A stretch of 64,000 nt of DNA from an uncultured Rivularia sp. (GCA_963665115.1 OY762007.1:8064001-8128000); one strand, 5' to 3'; positions 10,007-20,824 are shown, counted from the stretch's first letter. Notes: generated from the letters alone by a model not told the origin. Numbers and translations: made by a program.

Positions 10007-11155
10007 TTAAGGCTCAACAACCGCTTGCAAACTATAATCACCAGTTTCTTGATACGGAGAACTTGCGAATAAATAATAAACTCCATCTGCTGACAAAGTT
10101 GCTGTAATTTGAGCGTTAAAATCGCCTGCTCCTCTGTCGTCGTTCTCCGCGACTTTTTTGAATTGTTTTCCTTCGTTTGTTTCAATCATTTGATACAACG
10201 TCAAAGATGGATTAATCTGTTTACTTGTCATTTCAATGACTAGTTTTTGACCTCTTCTAGCTTGAAATTGATAGGAGTCAATAAAGCTGCCAGCTAAGTT
10301 AATGTCTGGAAAATATTTACGAATATCATTAGCTGGAAAATCACCTTGAGCTAAACTACCGTTAATTATTTGACCGTTAAGGGAGATTGCTTGAATAGTT
10401 GGTGGTTGCCACTTTTGTAAAGTCGAAGTCGCAGATAAATCACCTTTCCTCGCAGCAGCTATAAATGAACGTAATTTGTCAACAGGAATTGCAAAATTCA
10501 TTCCTGTATTTGTCTTTCCAGGTCCTACTACTCCTGATTTATTAACACCCACTACTTCACCTTTAGTATTAAGTAAAGGTCCGCCAGAATTTCCACCGTG
10601 AATTCCTGCCGAATGTTGAATATCTCCACTACTACGGTCAATCCTAGTAATACTTCCTTGGGTAAACGTATCGTTTACACCGTGAGGTGAACCAAGGGCA
10701 AAAACGCGGTTAGTAACTTCCGCACTACCATTAGATGCCAATGCAAGCGTCCGCAAGTTCTTCTGTCCGTGAATTTTCAGTACTGCTAAATCTAATCCAC
10801 CTTTAGCAAAACCAAGCACGTCAGCGGGAAGTTGTTTACCATTTGCAAATTTAACGGTAACTACACTCGGACTTCCTTCTACAACATGAGCGTTGGTAAT
10901 AATCAATCCATCTTGACTGACAACGAAACCACTTCCGACTCCTCTACCATCTTTAACCGTCACAACACCAGGACTCGCTTTTTTATACACGCTGCGAGCA
11001 ATTTGTTCTTCTGCGGTTTGCGCGATCGCACTGTTGGAATGCCCTAATTTATCGCCTCGACTAGATAGTACTTGTTCGACAAATGCCAAACCAATTAAGT
11101 TAAATAAAACACACAGTGTCAAGCCACTTAATCGAGATATTTTACTGTTAATCAT
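10007..11155 (-). CDS. Trypsin-like serine protease with C-terminal PPC-like domain
   Basis: TNAHVV, DLAVL, GNSGGPLLN; C-terminal DSYQF..GQ..NDD motif. Confidence 0.9.
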   Translation of the reverse strand: MINSKISRLSGLTLCVLFNLIGLAFVEQVLSSRGDKLGHSNSAIAQTAEEQIARSVYKKASPGVVTVKDGRGVGSGFVVSQDGLIITNAHVVEGSPSVVTVKFANGKQLPADVLGFAKGGLDLAVLKIHGQKNLRTLALASNGSAEVTNRVFALGSPHGVNDTFTQGSITRIDRSSGDIQHSAGIHGGNSGGPLLNTKGEVVGVNKSGVVGPGKTNTGMNFAIPVDKLRSFIAAARKGDLSATSTLQKWQPPTIQAISLNGQIINGSLAQGDFPANDIRKYFPDINLAGSFIDSYQFQARRGQKLVIEMTSKQINPSLTLYQMIETNEGKQFKKVAENDDRGAGDFNAQITATLSADGVYYLFASSPYQETGDYSLQAVVEP

Positions 11156-11411
11156 AACTTTACATTTACTTCATAGACTCTACATCAGCGGTTAATACCG
11201 AATAAAAAGCGATTATTGTGCAAGGTAATTTAATTGACCATATAACCTACGCTAATATCAGTCAATACACTTAACTGAAATCTTTTTGTGTAAACTCAAC
11301 TCGCACCCCCCGAAATTACCTTCTGATAGGATTACTGACCGAGGAGTGCTTTTTTACGCAAGTTATTTAATTTTTTTTAAGTGTTTTATTCTTTTGTGGG
11401 GGAATATTGTT

Positions 11412-11460
11412 TGTAGTAGCGCTTTAGCGCATCTTGTCGGAGAGGCTGAAGCGCTACTAC
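11412..11460. repeat. GTAG-initiated REP-like inverted pair
   Basis: GTAGTAGCGCTTTAGC ... GCTGAAGCGCTACTAC. Confidence 0.6.
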
Positions 11461-11529
11461 TAATCAGAACATATCTACTTTGGGACATCCCTGTCCGCCT
11501 TGTAACTATAATCACAACCCAAAATAAAA

Positions 11530-11558
11530 GAGAGACGTAGCACTGCTACGTCTCTACA
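11530..11558. repeat. REP-like palindrome family B (GTAGAGACGTAGCA-N-TGCTACGTCTCT)
   Basis: Related copies near 38694, 52600, 53659, 62807, 62940. Confidence 0.8.
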
Positions 11559-11578
11559 TTAGTTATCTGTTTTAGTTA

Positions 11579-12970
11579 TCACTTCGACTTCTGCAATTTC
11601 TCTTCACTAACCCAATCGCCATGAAAACCATAAGGTACTCGCTGCGGTATCAATACCCGCGCAACTGGCTCGGATGTCATATCCTGAGCATCAACAACAA
11701 CTAATTCCGATGTATCTTCGTTAGAGTCATACACGAAAGTCATTACCCAACCTTCATCTTCTCCATTCCCACGAGGTGCAAATACAGCTTCGCCACCATA
11801 ACGCCCTTTGCCGAATTCATGAGTTTGGGATTTACCGCTATTTAATTCATATTTAATTACACCTTCAAAACTAGGCATCGCACCTTGTCCCATTTTTCCA
11901 GCGTAACCGTAGCGGGTTGGTTGCCCTAAAAAGTTGTCGTTGACTCTAGGGAATTCTGATGCTGTATCATCTAACCTTTCTTCCCGCACGCTACCGTCTT
12001 TCATGTTAAATCTCCAACGGTGCATTCTGGGAATACTATCTTCGGCATCACTTTCAATATCTTCGGTGGCAAAAACGTTCGTGGAATTTACCCGACAACC
12101 CAAAAGTACTACTTCATCTCCATCTTCGTAAGCATTCAAAGTATGCCATACAAAACAAGCGGGTGTTTCAAACCAGCGTACATCATTATTCTCACCGTGA
12201 CGGGGCACAATCCCAAAACGGCTGGCTCTATCTTTTTCAAACATCATAGCGGGTTCGCCTTTTTGCATCCGCATCGGATTGAATGTCATCGGCAAATCCA
12301 TAAATATTGTATAGTTTGCGGTGATGGCGAAATCGTGCATCATTACTCCCATCGGTAATTCAATGGGTACGGTTTTCAAAAGTTCGCCTTCTGCTGAAAC
12401 TGTACTGTAGTGCAAGTATGGTGGAGCGAATGAATAGCCGAAGAACATCATTTCACCCGTTACCGGATCGACTTTCGGATGTGCTGTAAAGGCAGATTGT
12501 AGCTTGCCGCTGTAAGTATATTCACCGTTAGTGTCTAATTCTGGAAGCTTAATAGCATGAGGCGCACCTCCTTCCCAAAGCGCTAAAAATTTACCTGCGT
12601 GCCATACAAGAGCGGTATTCGCAACGTTTTTATATGGCCCGTGGGGATTATCCATTTGCGGCGGTTCTAATAAACCACTCCATACGACTTTACCTTCTTG
12701 ATGTTCGATTTGCCACCCTTTCGTCCGCACGTAACGATTGCGATAGCTGGCTTTACCATTAGAAATCCTTACACCGTGAAGCATTCCATCGCCATCAAAC
12801 CAATGATACTGCCCTTTGGGTTGCCATTGAGGATTGGGGCCATTTCGCACGAACATCCCTGATAAATCGGGGGGTAATTCTCCAATTATTTTTAATTCAT
12901 CAGTGGCGATTTCTTCACGCACTGGGGCAAAATTACTATCAAGAAAGGGATTTACTGCTGATGCTACCAT
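11579..12970 (-). CDS. Carotenoid cleavage dioxygenase (RPE65 family; resembles the Nostoc NSC1/NosCCD type)
   Basis: RNGPNP, HWFDGDGM, TAHPKVDP, MMHDF, EFPRVN, PYGFHG with four Fe-binding His. Confidence 0.92.
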   Translation of the reverse strand: MVASAVNPFLDSNFAPVREEIATDELKIIGELPPDLSGMFVRNGPNPQWQPKGQYHWFDGDGMLHGVRISNGKASYRNRYVRTKGWQIEHQEGKVVWSGLLEPPQMDNPHGPYKNVANTALVWHAGKFLALWEGGAPHAIKLPELDTNGEYTYSGKLQSAFTAHPKVDPVTGEMMFFGYSFAPPYLHYSTVSAEGELLKTVPIELPMGVMMHDFAITANYTIFMDLPMTFNPMRMQKGEPAMMFEKDRASRFGIVPRHGENNDVRWFETPACFVWHTLNAYEDGDEVVLLGCRVNSTNVFATEDIESDAEDSIPRMHRWRFNMKDGSVREERLDDTASEFPRVNDNFLGQPTRYGYAGKMGQGAMPSFEGVIKYELNSGKSQTHEFGKGRYGGEAVFAPRGNGEDEGWVMTFVYDSNEDTSELVVVDAQDMTSEPVARVLIPQRVPYGFHGDWVSEEKLQKSK

Positions 12971-13098
12971 TATTTTAGGTTAAAGATTAAAGGTTAAAGT
13001 TTAATCTATTTTAAGTTTTAGATTTTGGATTCTGGATTTACCCAAGGGATGAATTTTGAGTTTTAAGAATTAGTTTTAAAAATTTAGGCTGTGCCATT

Positions 13099-13132
13099 GA
13101 GAAACCCGGCTTTTTCAAAAAACCGGGTTTAT
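13099..13132. repeat. AGAAACCCGG/AAACCGGGTTT palindromic repeat (family C core)
   Basis: Same core at 21330, 21381, 31220, 31273, 45390. Confidence 0.65.
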
Positions 13133-13211
13133 TAATGATTATGCATGATTTTAGAGTGCTGTGGTACCTCCATTATTAATGAGGTAGGTGCAGAGCTTTC
13201 TTGAAGTACTT

Positions 13212-13358
13212 TTACTCTGCCTCTTTTAAAGGAATAGTAGCTTCAGAAAGATTGTTTGATTTGCTTTTAACTGCAAAAACGCTATATATTATTTTGGGAA
13301 ACACAATGCAGATAACAGTACTGACAACAGTTAATAGAAGACCATCTGTTAAACTCAT
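13212..13358 (-). CDS. Small membrane protein, 48 aa (not in ORF track)
   Basis: GGAG RBS 8 nt before ATG; MSLTDGLLLTVVSTVICIVFPKIIYSVFAVKSKSNNLSEATIPLKEAE. Confidence 0.65.
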   Translation of the reverse strand: MSLTDGLLLTVVSTVICIVFPKIIYSVFAVKSKSNNLSEATIPLKEAE

Positions 13359-13824
13359 CTTGAACTCTCCGTTTTCTGAAAAAACTTCTATATTCTATTG
13401 TGAGACAAAATCCAAATAATTAAATCAGTACAGGCTTTTAATTATCTTCGGGTTTATATAATTAGCTTTTAATCTTTATCTCGGATTCGACACTTGTTAA
13501 TTATATGCTCTACGGTGATTCTATTTTTCGATTATCACCTACGGAAGCGGCAATAACTTGTTTTTTATCTAAAATACTTTTATTCCCAAGGTTAGTTTGC
13601 CTGTTTCAGAAAAATAAATATAATATAGCTTTTGGATCAATTTCTGCATTAAAAATTATATTCCATCAATTTACATTCATATAACTCAATTTTTATAGAT
13701 ATAAATTTACATTTATGCGGGAAATCAATCTGGCTTTAGATTGAGGCGGTTGTATCTATAATAGTTGTCTCTTTTTGCCAAATGAAGGAATATACTTTCA
13801 TATATAAATTATTGACTATAAAGT

Positions 13825-15819
13825 GTGCCTATCATGTCTAAAACCTATAGTACAAATAATCAATTTCCTCAGCTTACACGAAAAGACGAGGAAAATATAA
13901 AAAGCGCGGTTGATTACTCAAAGGTGGATTCGCTACCGGAAATTTGGGCGATCGCAGCAAGTCACTTCGGCGATACAACTGCTCTGCATAATCCCCATGC
14001 TAAACCTAAGCAGGAAATATTTACTTATAGAGAACTTTTTAATCAAATTCAACAGTTTGCGGCTGGTTTACAGGCATTGGGAGTCAAGCCGCAAGGACGT
14101 GTTTCGCTAATTGCTGACAATAGTCCTCGCTGGTTTATTGCCGACCAAGGTATCATGACTGCTGGGGCTGTCAATGCGGTACGCAGTTCTCAATCGGATG
14201 TTGATGAGTTGGCGTATATTCTGGCGAATAGCGAGAGTACGGTATTGGTAGCGCAAGATTTAGCAACTTTTGAGAAATTGCGCCCTCGTTTAGATGATTT
14301 ACCAATTGAACTAGTAATTTTGCTAACTGAAGAATCAGCACGCAGTAAAGAAGGGATCGAGGTGTTGAATTTCAAGCAGTTAATGGAAGTTGGTGCAAAA
14401 CATAATTTAGAACCAGTTAAAGCAAAGCGCGATACTTTAGCTACTTTACTTTATACTTCCGGTACTTCAGGAAAGCCCAAAGGTGTGATGCTTTCTCACG
14501 GAAATTTGCTGCATCAAGTCACGAATTTACGGGCTATTGTTCAACCGGAACCAGGAGACGTTGTTTTAAGTATTCTTCCTACCTGGCACGTACTGGAACG
14601 CACTGGTGAGTATTTGCTGCTTTCTCAAGGTTGCACCCAAATTTATACAAATTTGCGCTCGATAAAAAATGATTTGAAAAAGCACAAACCCCATTACATG
14701 GTGGCGGTACCGCGTATTTTGGAATCAGTTTACGAAGGGGTACAAAAACAGTTTCGCGAACAACCTGCTTCTAAACAAAACTTGATTAATCGGTTTTTGG
14801 GTATTAGCGGCAAGTATATTAAAGCCCGACGAATTAGCCAAAATTTAGACTTAGAAAACATTAATCCCTCAATGGGAAAACAAATCGCGGCCAGTATTCA
14901 AGAAAAAGCCCTTTCACCGCTACACGCTTTGGCTGGAAAAATAGTTTATGGCAAAGTGAAGGAAGCTACGGGGGGAAGAATCAAACAGTTTATTTGTGGT
15001 GGTGGTGCATTAGCCAAGCATATAGATGATTTTTACGAGATTATTGGGATAGAAATCTTGGTTGGTTACGGCTTAACGGAAACTTCTCCGGTTACTCATG
15101 CACGTCGTTATTGGAGTAATTTACGGGGTTCTTCGGGGTTGGGGATACCGGGTACCCAAGTGAAAATTGTCGATTTAGAAACTCGTAAAGAATTACCAAC
15201 TGGGGAAAAGGGTTTAGTATTGCTCAAAGGGCCGCAAATCATGCAGGGCTATTATAAAAACCCAGAAGCCACAGAAAAAGCCATTGATGCAGAAGGCTGG
15301 TTTAATAGCGGTGATTTGGGTTGGGTAACTCCCCGTCAGGATATAGTTTTAACCGGACGAGCAAAAGACACTATCGTATTAACCAACGGGGAAAACATCG
15401 AACCCCTTCCCATCGAAGACGCTTGTTTAAGGTCCCAATTTATCGACCAGATAATGCTTGTAGGACAAGACAAAAAAAGCCTTGGTGCTTTCATTGTCCC
15501 GAATTTAGAAGCATTAGAAAAATGGGCAGAAGCGCAAAACGTGGAATTATGTGTTAAAGAAGACAATGTTACGACATCTACCAGCCAAATAATCAATCTT
15601 GAGAGTAAAATGATCCAGGATTTGTTTCGGCAAGAATTGGTTAGGGAAGTACGAAATCGTCCGGGATATCGCCCGGATGACCGTATCGGACCATTTCAAC
15701 TGATTCTAGAACCGTTTTCTATGGAAAATGGCATGATGACACGAACTCTCAAAGTCAAAAGACACATTGTGATGGAGCGCTATCACGATACGATCGAGCG
15801 AATGTTTGCCGCTAACTAG
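13825..15819 (+). CDS. aas: Acyl-ACP synthetase / long-chain fatty acid ligase
   Basis: YTSGTSGKPKG, GYGLTETSP, SGDLG, GRAKD..NGENIEP; followed by a YlqD-like gene. Confidence 0.9.
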   Translation: MPIMSKTYSTNNQFPQLTRKDEENIKSAVDYSKVDSLPEIWAIAASHFGDTTALHNPHAKPKQEIFTYRELFNQIQQFAAGLQALGVKPQGRVSLIADNSPRWFIADQGIMTAGAVNAVRSSQSDVDELAYILANSESTVLVAQDLATFEKLRPRLDDLPIELVILLTEESARSKEGIEVLNFKQLMEVGAKHNLEPVKAKRDTLATLLYTSGTSGKPKGVMLSHGNLLHQVTNLRAIVQPEPGDVVLSILPTWHVLERTGEYLLLSQGCTQIYTNLRSIKNDLKKHKPHYMVAVPRILESVYEGVQKQFREQPASKQNLINRFLGISGKYIKARRISQNLDLENINPSMGKQIAASIQEKALSPLHALAGKIVYGKVKEATGGRIKQFICGGGALAKHIDDFYEIIGIEILVGYGLTETSPVTHARRYWSNLRGSSGLGIPGTQVKIVDLETRKELPTGEKGLVLLKGPQIMQGYYKNPEATEKAIDAEGWFNSGDLGWVTPRQDIVLTGRAKDTIVLTNGENIEPLPIEDACLRSQFIDQIMLVGQDKKSLGAFIVPNLEALEKWAEAQNVELCVKEDNVTTSTSQIINLESKMIQDLFRQELVREVRNRPGYRPDDRIGPFQLILEPFSMENGMMTRTLKVKRHIVMERYHDTIERMFAAN

Positions 15820-15862
15820 TTCACTTGTTTATTGAATTCAAAAGGAAAAAAAAGATATTTCT

Positions 15863-16312
15863 ATGGACATCTCAAATCCTCAATTGCTGCTAAAGCGCGT
15901 TATTAACGTTAAAGCCATCGTCACATCTCTATGGAAAGAGGAAGTAACGCAGCAACTACAAGGGCAAATCAATCAAACCGATCAGCAGCTACAGCAAATT
16001 GATGTCCAAGGGCAGCGTGCAATTACCGAAATTCAAAAGCAAGGTTTGCAACCCCCCGGACCTCAAACTCTACAGCAAATTGAGAACATCCAAGTTCAGG
16101 TAAATGAGAAAAAAAGCGAGATGCTAGAGCAGAAAAACCAAAGCCTGCAAAATCTCCAACAAGTACAAATGCTTGAATTGGATCAAGAAGTTAATCAATT
16201 TCAATTGGAAGGCTTCTTTCGAGCAGAACAAGGCGATAACCTGATAAGTAAAATGCAGGTCGAAATTGTTCTGCGCGATGGCGTTATCGAAGAAATTCGC
16301 GGCGACATTTAA
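15863..16312 (+). CDS. YlqD family protein
   Basis: LKRVINVKAIVT..WKEE, coiled coil, C-terminal EIVLRDGVIEEIRG. Confidence 0.85.
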   Translation: MDISNPQLLLKRVINVKAIVTSLWKEEVTQQLQGQINQTDQQLQQIDVQGQRAITEIQKQGLQPPGPQTLQQIENIQVQVNEKKSEMLEQKNQSLQNLQQVQMLELDQEVNQFQLEGFFRAEQGDNLISKMQVEIVLRDGVIEEIRGDI

Positions 16313-16318
16313 AACATC

Positions 16319-16362
16319 ATGAAGAATTCTCAATTCACAATTGTGAATTGAGAATTCTTCAT
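16319..16362. terminator. Perfect 44-bp palindrome between convergent genes (possible bidirectional terminator)
   Basis: ATGAAGAATTCTCAATTCACAATTGTGAATTGAGAATTCTTCAT. Confidence 0.55.
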
Positions 16363-16401
16363 TTTTATGAAAAAGCAAGCTTCTCACTTACTACAAAAAA
16401 A

Positions 16402-16926
16402 TTAACGACAGGTGGCGCTTGTTGTTGCCGTACCTGTTGTACCTCTCAAACATTGCTCGTAAGTACCAGCCCATACAATTTGCCACAAAGGAGGCGAGGT
16501 TACAAATAACGAACGCCCAAAGCTTGTAAGTTCAACTTTATATTTCACTGGCTTTGGCTTTGATGATGCAAGGTTAGTTTGAGTGATTATTACCATTGCT
16601 CGATCTGGTTGAGGATAAATTACCTCCACTTTACGATTCGATCCCTTCGATTGAGTTGTATCAAAAGCATTTATTGCCAGGGCAGCAGGATCGCTCCCTC
16701 TAAGTACCGTTCTAAATCGAGTTAGTGGTATTGACTTATACTTACTTCTCGATGGTGTTGTTGCAAGCTTTTGACTTGAGGTGTGCTTTGCTTGAATTTG
16801 CTGTTGCTGTTCGGGGGTATACGACGTATTTGAATGCCATTGTTTAATCTTGTAAACTCCAGCGACAACAGCGGTGGCAAAGGTACTCAGTGTAAATACC
16901 AGAAAAAATTTCAACTTTGCCGACAT
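16402..16926 (-). CDS. Hypothetical exported protein
   Basis: 174-aa ORF with N-terminal hydrophobic segment. Confidence 0.7.
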   Translation of the reverse strand: MSAKLKFFLVFTLSTFATAVVAGVYKIKQWHSNTSYTPEQQQQIQAKHTSSQKLATTPSRSKYKSIPLTRFRTVLRGSDPAALAINAFDTTQSKGSNRKVEVIYPQPDRAMVIITQTNLASSKPKPVKYKVELTSFGRSLFVTSPPLWQIVWAGTYEQCLRGTTGTATTSATCR

Positions 16927-17074
16927 AACATTTTAAGAGAAATTTAAAGAGTTTGTTTTTATTTATCCATCATAAATTTTAAATCTAGACATGACTCCTT
17001 ACTTCATGCTTTAAGTGGAATTTCCGAATTTTTTTTTAAAAAAAGGATAAAAAGGTTTAAGTATAAGGAAATTA

Positions 17075-17270
17075 GTAGAGAGTAGGGAGTAGGGAGTAGG
17101 GAGTAGGGAGTAAGGAGAGGGGGAAGAGGGGGGAGACAAGGGGACAAGGAGATTAAGAGGACTCCGGAAACAACTTTTATTCCATCATCATTCTTTACTC
17201 ACTACTTTCTACTTTCTACTTTCTACTCCCAATCCCCCATGCCCAATCCCCAATTACCAATTACCCATTA
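17075..17270. repeat. STRR-type heptamer tandem repeats
   Basis: (GAGTAGG)n, (CTACTTT)n, CCCAATC/CCAATTA units. Confidence 0.85.
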
Positions 17271-17417
17271 CCTACTTAAAGATTGCTTAGTACGCATAAA
17301 TACAGATTGATCTATCAGTGTAGTTCTAAAATAGTTCGTCGCGTCCGCGCTCGCGATACAATGCAATCTGGAAAAAACTATTAAAGTCCATAAATTATTA
17401 ATTCGCTTTCTTTTCTT

Positions 17418-18744
17418 ATGAGTATTCACGAAATTTTTATGCCCGCGCTGAGTTCTACAATGACCGAAGGTAAGATTGTCTCTTGGGAGAAATCCCCTGG
17501 GGACAAAGTTGAGAAAGGCGAAACGGTTGTAGTGGTTGAATCGGATAAAGCAGATATGGATGTGGAATCCTTCTATGAAGGATACATGGCACATATTGTA
17601 GTAGAAGCTGGAAACAGCGCTCCTGTAGGTTCGGCGATCGCCTTTTTAGCGGAAACTGAAGCTGAAATTGAAACAGTACGCGAAAAAGCTAAATCTCAAA
17701 GTGCAGCACCTGCGAAAACTGAAGTAGCTGCTGCAACAGCCCCCGGACAAACAGCAGCACAACCTGCAACTGCAACAGCTTCAACAAACGGCACAGTTCA
17801 AAATGGCTCGGCGGCACGTGGGAGTGGTAGAAAAATTGCTTCACCCCGCGCTCGTAAATTAGCCAAAGAATTTAAAGTTGATTTAAGCGGTATTACAGGT
17901 AGCGGCCCCTCACGGTCGTATTATTGCTGAAGACGTGGAAACAGCCGCTGGTAAGTCTAGTGGTAAATCTTCTACACCTCAAACGGCTCAGCCAGCAACT
18001 GCACCTGCCCATAGCAGCCCCAAAGTTACGCCTGCGGCGACACCTACACCCATGCCAGTTGCGGCAACTCCAGGTCAAACGGTACCTTTGACTACCTTGC
18101 AAAATGCCGTAGTACGGGCTATGAATCATAGCTTGTCCGTACCGACATACCACGTAGGTTATTCGATTACTACCGACGAGTTAAACAAACTTTACAAACA
18201 AATCAAATCTAAAGGTGTGACAATGACAGCGCTACTAGCCAAAGCGGTAGCAATGACATTACAGAAACACCCTTTGTTAAATACCAATTATACAGAACAG
18301 GGAATGGTGCATCCTGCTAATATTAACGTTGCTGTAGCAGTAGCAATGGATGATGGAGGATTAATCACACCAGTATTGCAAAATGCAGACCAGCAGGATA
18401 TTTACAGCTTATCGCGTAACTGGAAATCCTTAGTAGAACGCGCTAGAGCAAAACAATTGCAGCCAGAAGAATACAGTAGCGGTACTTTTACCATATCTAA
18501 TTTAGGTATGTTTGGTGTCGATACATTCGATGCGATATTGCCACCAGGGCAAGGTTCGATATTGGCGATCGCCGCATCTCGTCCGGAAGTAGTAGCCACT
18601 CCCGACGGCATGATGGGTGTACGTACTAAGATGAAAGTTAACATCACCTGCGACCATAGAGTTATTTACGGTGCCCATGCAGCCGCATTCCTCAAAGATT
18701 TAGCAAACTTGATTGAAACCAATGCTCAATCTTTGACGATGTAA
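17418..18744 (+). CDS. pdhC: Pyruvate dehydrogenase E2, dihydrolipoamide acetyltransferase (+1 C at 17906-17909)
   Basis: Lipoyl motif VESDKADM, ASPRARKLA..GSGP(HGRI) binding domain, C-terminal DHRVIYGA. Confidence 0.95.
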
Positions 18745-18747
18745 TTA

Positions 18748-18930
18748 GATTGGGAATGGGGCATTAAGATAGTTCATGGGGTTAGGAGTGAAGAGTAGAA
18801 AGTAGTGAGTAGTAAGTAGGGAGTAGAGAGTAATTATTTTCTCCTTGTCTCCCCATCTCCCCCTCTTCCCCCTCTTCCCCCTCTTCCCCCTCTCCCCCCT
18901 CCATGCCTAATGCCCAATTCCCCATTTTCA
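18748..18930. repeat. STRR-type and CCCCTCTTC tandem repeats
   Basis: Low-complexity 7-9 nt units downstream of pdhC. Confidence 0.8.
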
Positions 18931-19018
18931 ATCTTAAAATTAAACTTACCTCGGCGGAATAGTTACCTGCATTGCTGTAGGATACTTAGGAATTAAGACA
19001 AGGAGGGGAGAGTTAAGT

Positions 19019-20047
19019 ATGTTTAAATATAAACTTTTATCAATTGATGGTGGTGGTATTCGCGGTATTATTCCGGCGATAATTCTTAAGGAAATCGAAA
19101 AGCGGACTCAAAAGCGAATTTGGGAATTGTTCGATCTAATTGCTGGAACTTCAACTGGAGGTTTTTTGGCAATGATTTTAACTATACCGAATCCCAATAA
19201 TCCAAATACTGCTCGGTACAGTATGGAAGAGATTATTAATATGTACCGAGAAGATGGAAAAAATATCTTCCATGAGCCATTTTTAGAAAGTTTGACAGAA
19301 GTTGATGATTTATTAAGACCAAAGTATTCTTCTGAAGGTAGACAAAGGGTTGCTGAAAAATACTTTAAAGATACTCCTCTTAAGGATGCATTAACGAATG
19401 TTTTTATAACTAGTTACGATATAGAGTTGCGGATACCCGTATTTTTCATCAATAATCCTAGATTCCAAAGACATACAGGAACTAGTTTCCGTAAGCTTTG
19501 CACTGATTACAAGATGATAGAAGCAGCAATGGCGACTTCCGCTGCTCCAACTTTTTTTAAACCTTATAAATTAACAATGCGGGGTTGCGATGATGCTGAT
19601 TATTATGCTCTAGTAGATGGCGCAATGTTTGCGAATAATCCTACAGCCTTAGCAATTGTAGAAGCGATTATCTATTCGCAGAATCATAACAAAGAAATAG
19701 GTTTAAAAGATATTTTAGTAACTTCTTTAGGAACGGGTTCTCTAACTCGAAAATTTCCTTACGACCAAGCAGTCAATTGGGGTAAACTGCAATGGTTACA
19801 GCCATTAATCAATATTTTCCTTGATGGTGCGAGCGAAGTAGCAAATTATCAATTAAGACAGTTATTACCGGATGCCCAAAATATCCATAAACAATATTAT
19901 CGCTTTCAAAAAGAATTGACTGAAGCAAACGATGATTTGGATAATACAACTGAAGAAAACATCGAATTGCTAGAAAAGGTTGCATATACAATTATTCAAG
20001 AGCAAAGTAGAGAATTTGACAAATTGTGCGAGGAACTTTTAGCTTAA
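19019..20047 (+). CDS. Patatin-like phospholipase
   Basis: SIDGGGIRG, GTSTG, SAAPTFF, DGA, SLGTG. Confidence 0.92.
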   Translation: MFKYKLLSIDGGGIRGIIPAIILKEIEKRTQKRIWELFDLIAGTSTGGFLAMILTIPNPNNPNTARYSMEEIINMYREDGKNIFHEPFLESLTEVDDLLRPKYSSEGRQRVAEKYFKDTPLKDALTNVFITSYDIELRIPVFFINNPRFQRHTGTSFRKLCTDYKMIEAAMATSAAPTFFKPYKLTMRGCDDADYYALVDGAMFANNPTALAIVEAIIYSQNHNKEIGLKDILVTSLGTGSLTRKFPYDQAVNWGKLQWLQPLINIFLDGASEVANYQLRQLLPDAQNIHKQYYRFQKELTEANDDLDNTTEENIELLEKVAYTIIQEQSREFDKLCEELLA

Positions 20048-20057
20048 TCTGTAGCTT

Positions 20058-20130
20058 GTAGGTTGGGTTAGACACGACAAGCAATTTAATATCGTGACGA
20101 AAATCTATCAAATCTTGTCGTAACCCAACA
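20058..20130. repeat. GTAG REP-like inverted pair (REPIN-like)
   Basis: GTAGGTTGGGTTAGACACGAC ... GTCGTAACCCAAC. Confidence 0.6.
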
Positions 20131-20365
20131 TGATTATTTTCAAATAAATCAAAAGTGTATGTATTTCTCGTTCCCTATTCCCTTTCACACTCCAGACATA
20201 TTACTTTAGACTGAGATGTATTTGCGAATAAATTCCTTTTGGGTGACGGATTTTAACAACAAACAACGTTAACCTACACTACTAGTGACTGGCTGCTACT
20301 GTTTATTTTAAGACGGTAACAAGCTTTATCTATATATAGTTAACTAACTTTTCTGTTACCAGCTT

Positions 20366-20824
20366 ATGAAATTAGAGAGTGATAGCTTTTCTGCTGATGG
20401 ATTAATTCCACCTGAATTTACCTGCGATGGTGAAGCAATTTCCCCGTCTTTGAAATGGGATGAACCCCCTCGTGAAGCCCAAAGTCTTGCATTAATTGTT
20501 GACGATCCAGATGCCCCTGGTAAGACTTTTGTTCACTGGGTTCTTTACGATATACCAGTGCAAACTCGTTATATACCGGAAGGAATAGCTGCCGATGCAA
20601 TGTTAGATGGTAGCGGTATTCACGGTACAAACGATTACGAGCAATTTGGTTATGGCGCTCCATGTCCCCCTGATGGAACCCATCGTTATTATTTCAAGCT
20701 GTATGCTTTAGACATATCTTTAGGTTTAGCCGCAGGTGCGAGTAAGAAAGATGTAGAAGCGGCGATGGAAGGACATATAGTTTCTCAAGCGGAATTAATC
20801 GGACGCTACCAACGACAGAAGTAA
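20366..20824 (+). CDS. YbhB/YbcL family (PEBP/Raf kinase inhibitor-like) protein
   Basis: TCDG, DDPDAP..FVHW, GAPCPP..HRY.F.LYALD. Confidence 0.92.
   Translation: MKLESDSFSADGLIPPEFTCDGEAISPSLKWDEPPREAQSLALIVDDPDAPGKTFVHWVLYDIPVQTRYIPEGIAADAMLDGSGIHGTNDYEQFGYGAPCPPDGTHRYYFKLYALDISLGLAAGASKKDVEAAMEGHIVSQAELIGRYQRQK

Noticed and set aside
9784..10185. 133-aa ORF and other short overlapping or antisense ORFs (e.g. 2790, 11286, 13201, 31296, 45190, 47119, 51203, 56360)
   Set aside because: They overlap better-supported genes or run through repeats and MITEs, with no recognisable motifs
17418..18744. pdhC as a true pseudogene or programmed frameshift
   Set aside because: One extra C in a C-run matches the window-wide +1 error pattern
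19019..20047. Patatin as a CBASS CapV effector
   Set aside because: No CD-NTase or other CBASS gene nearby
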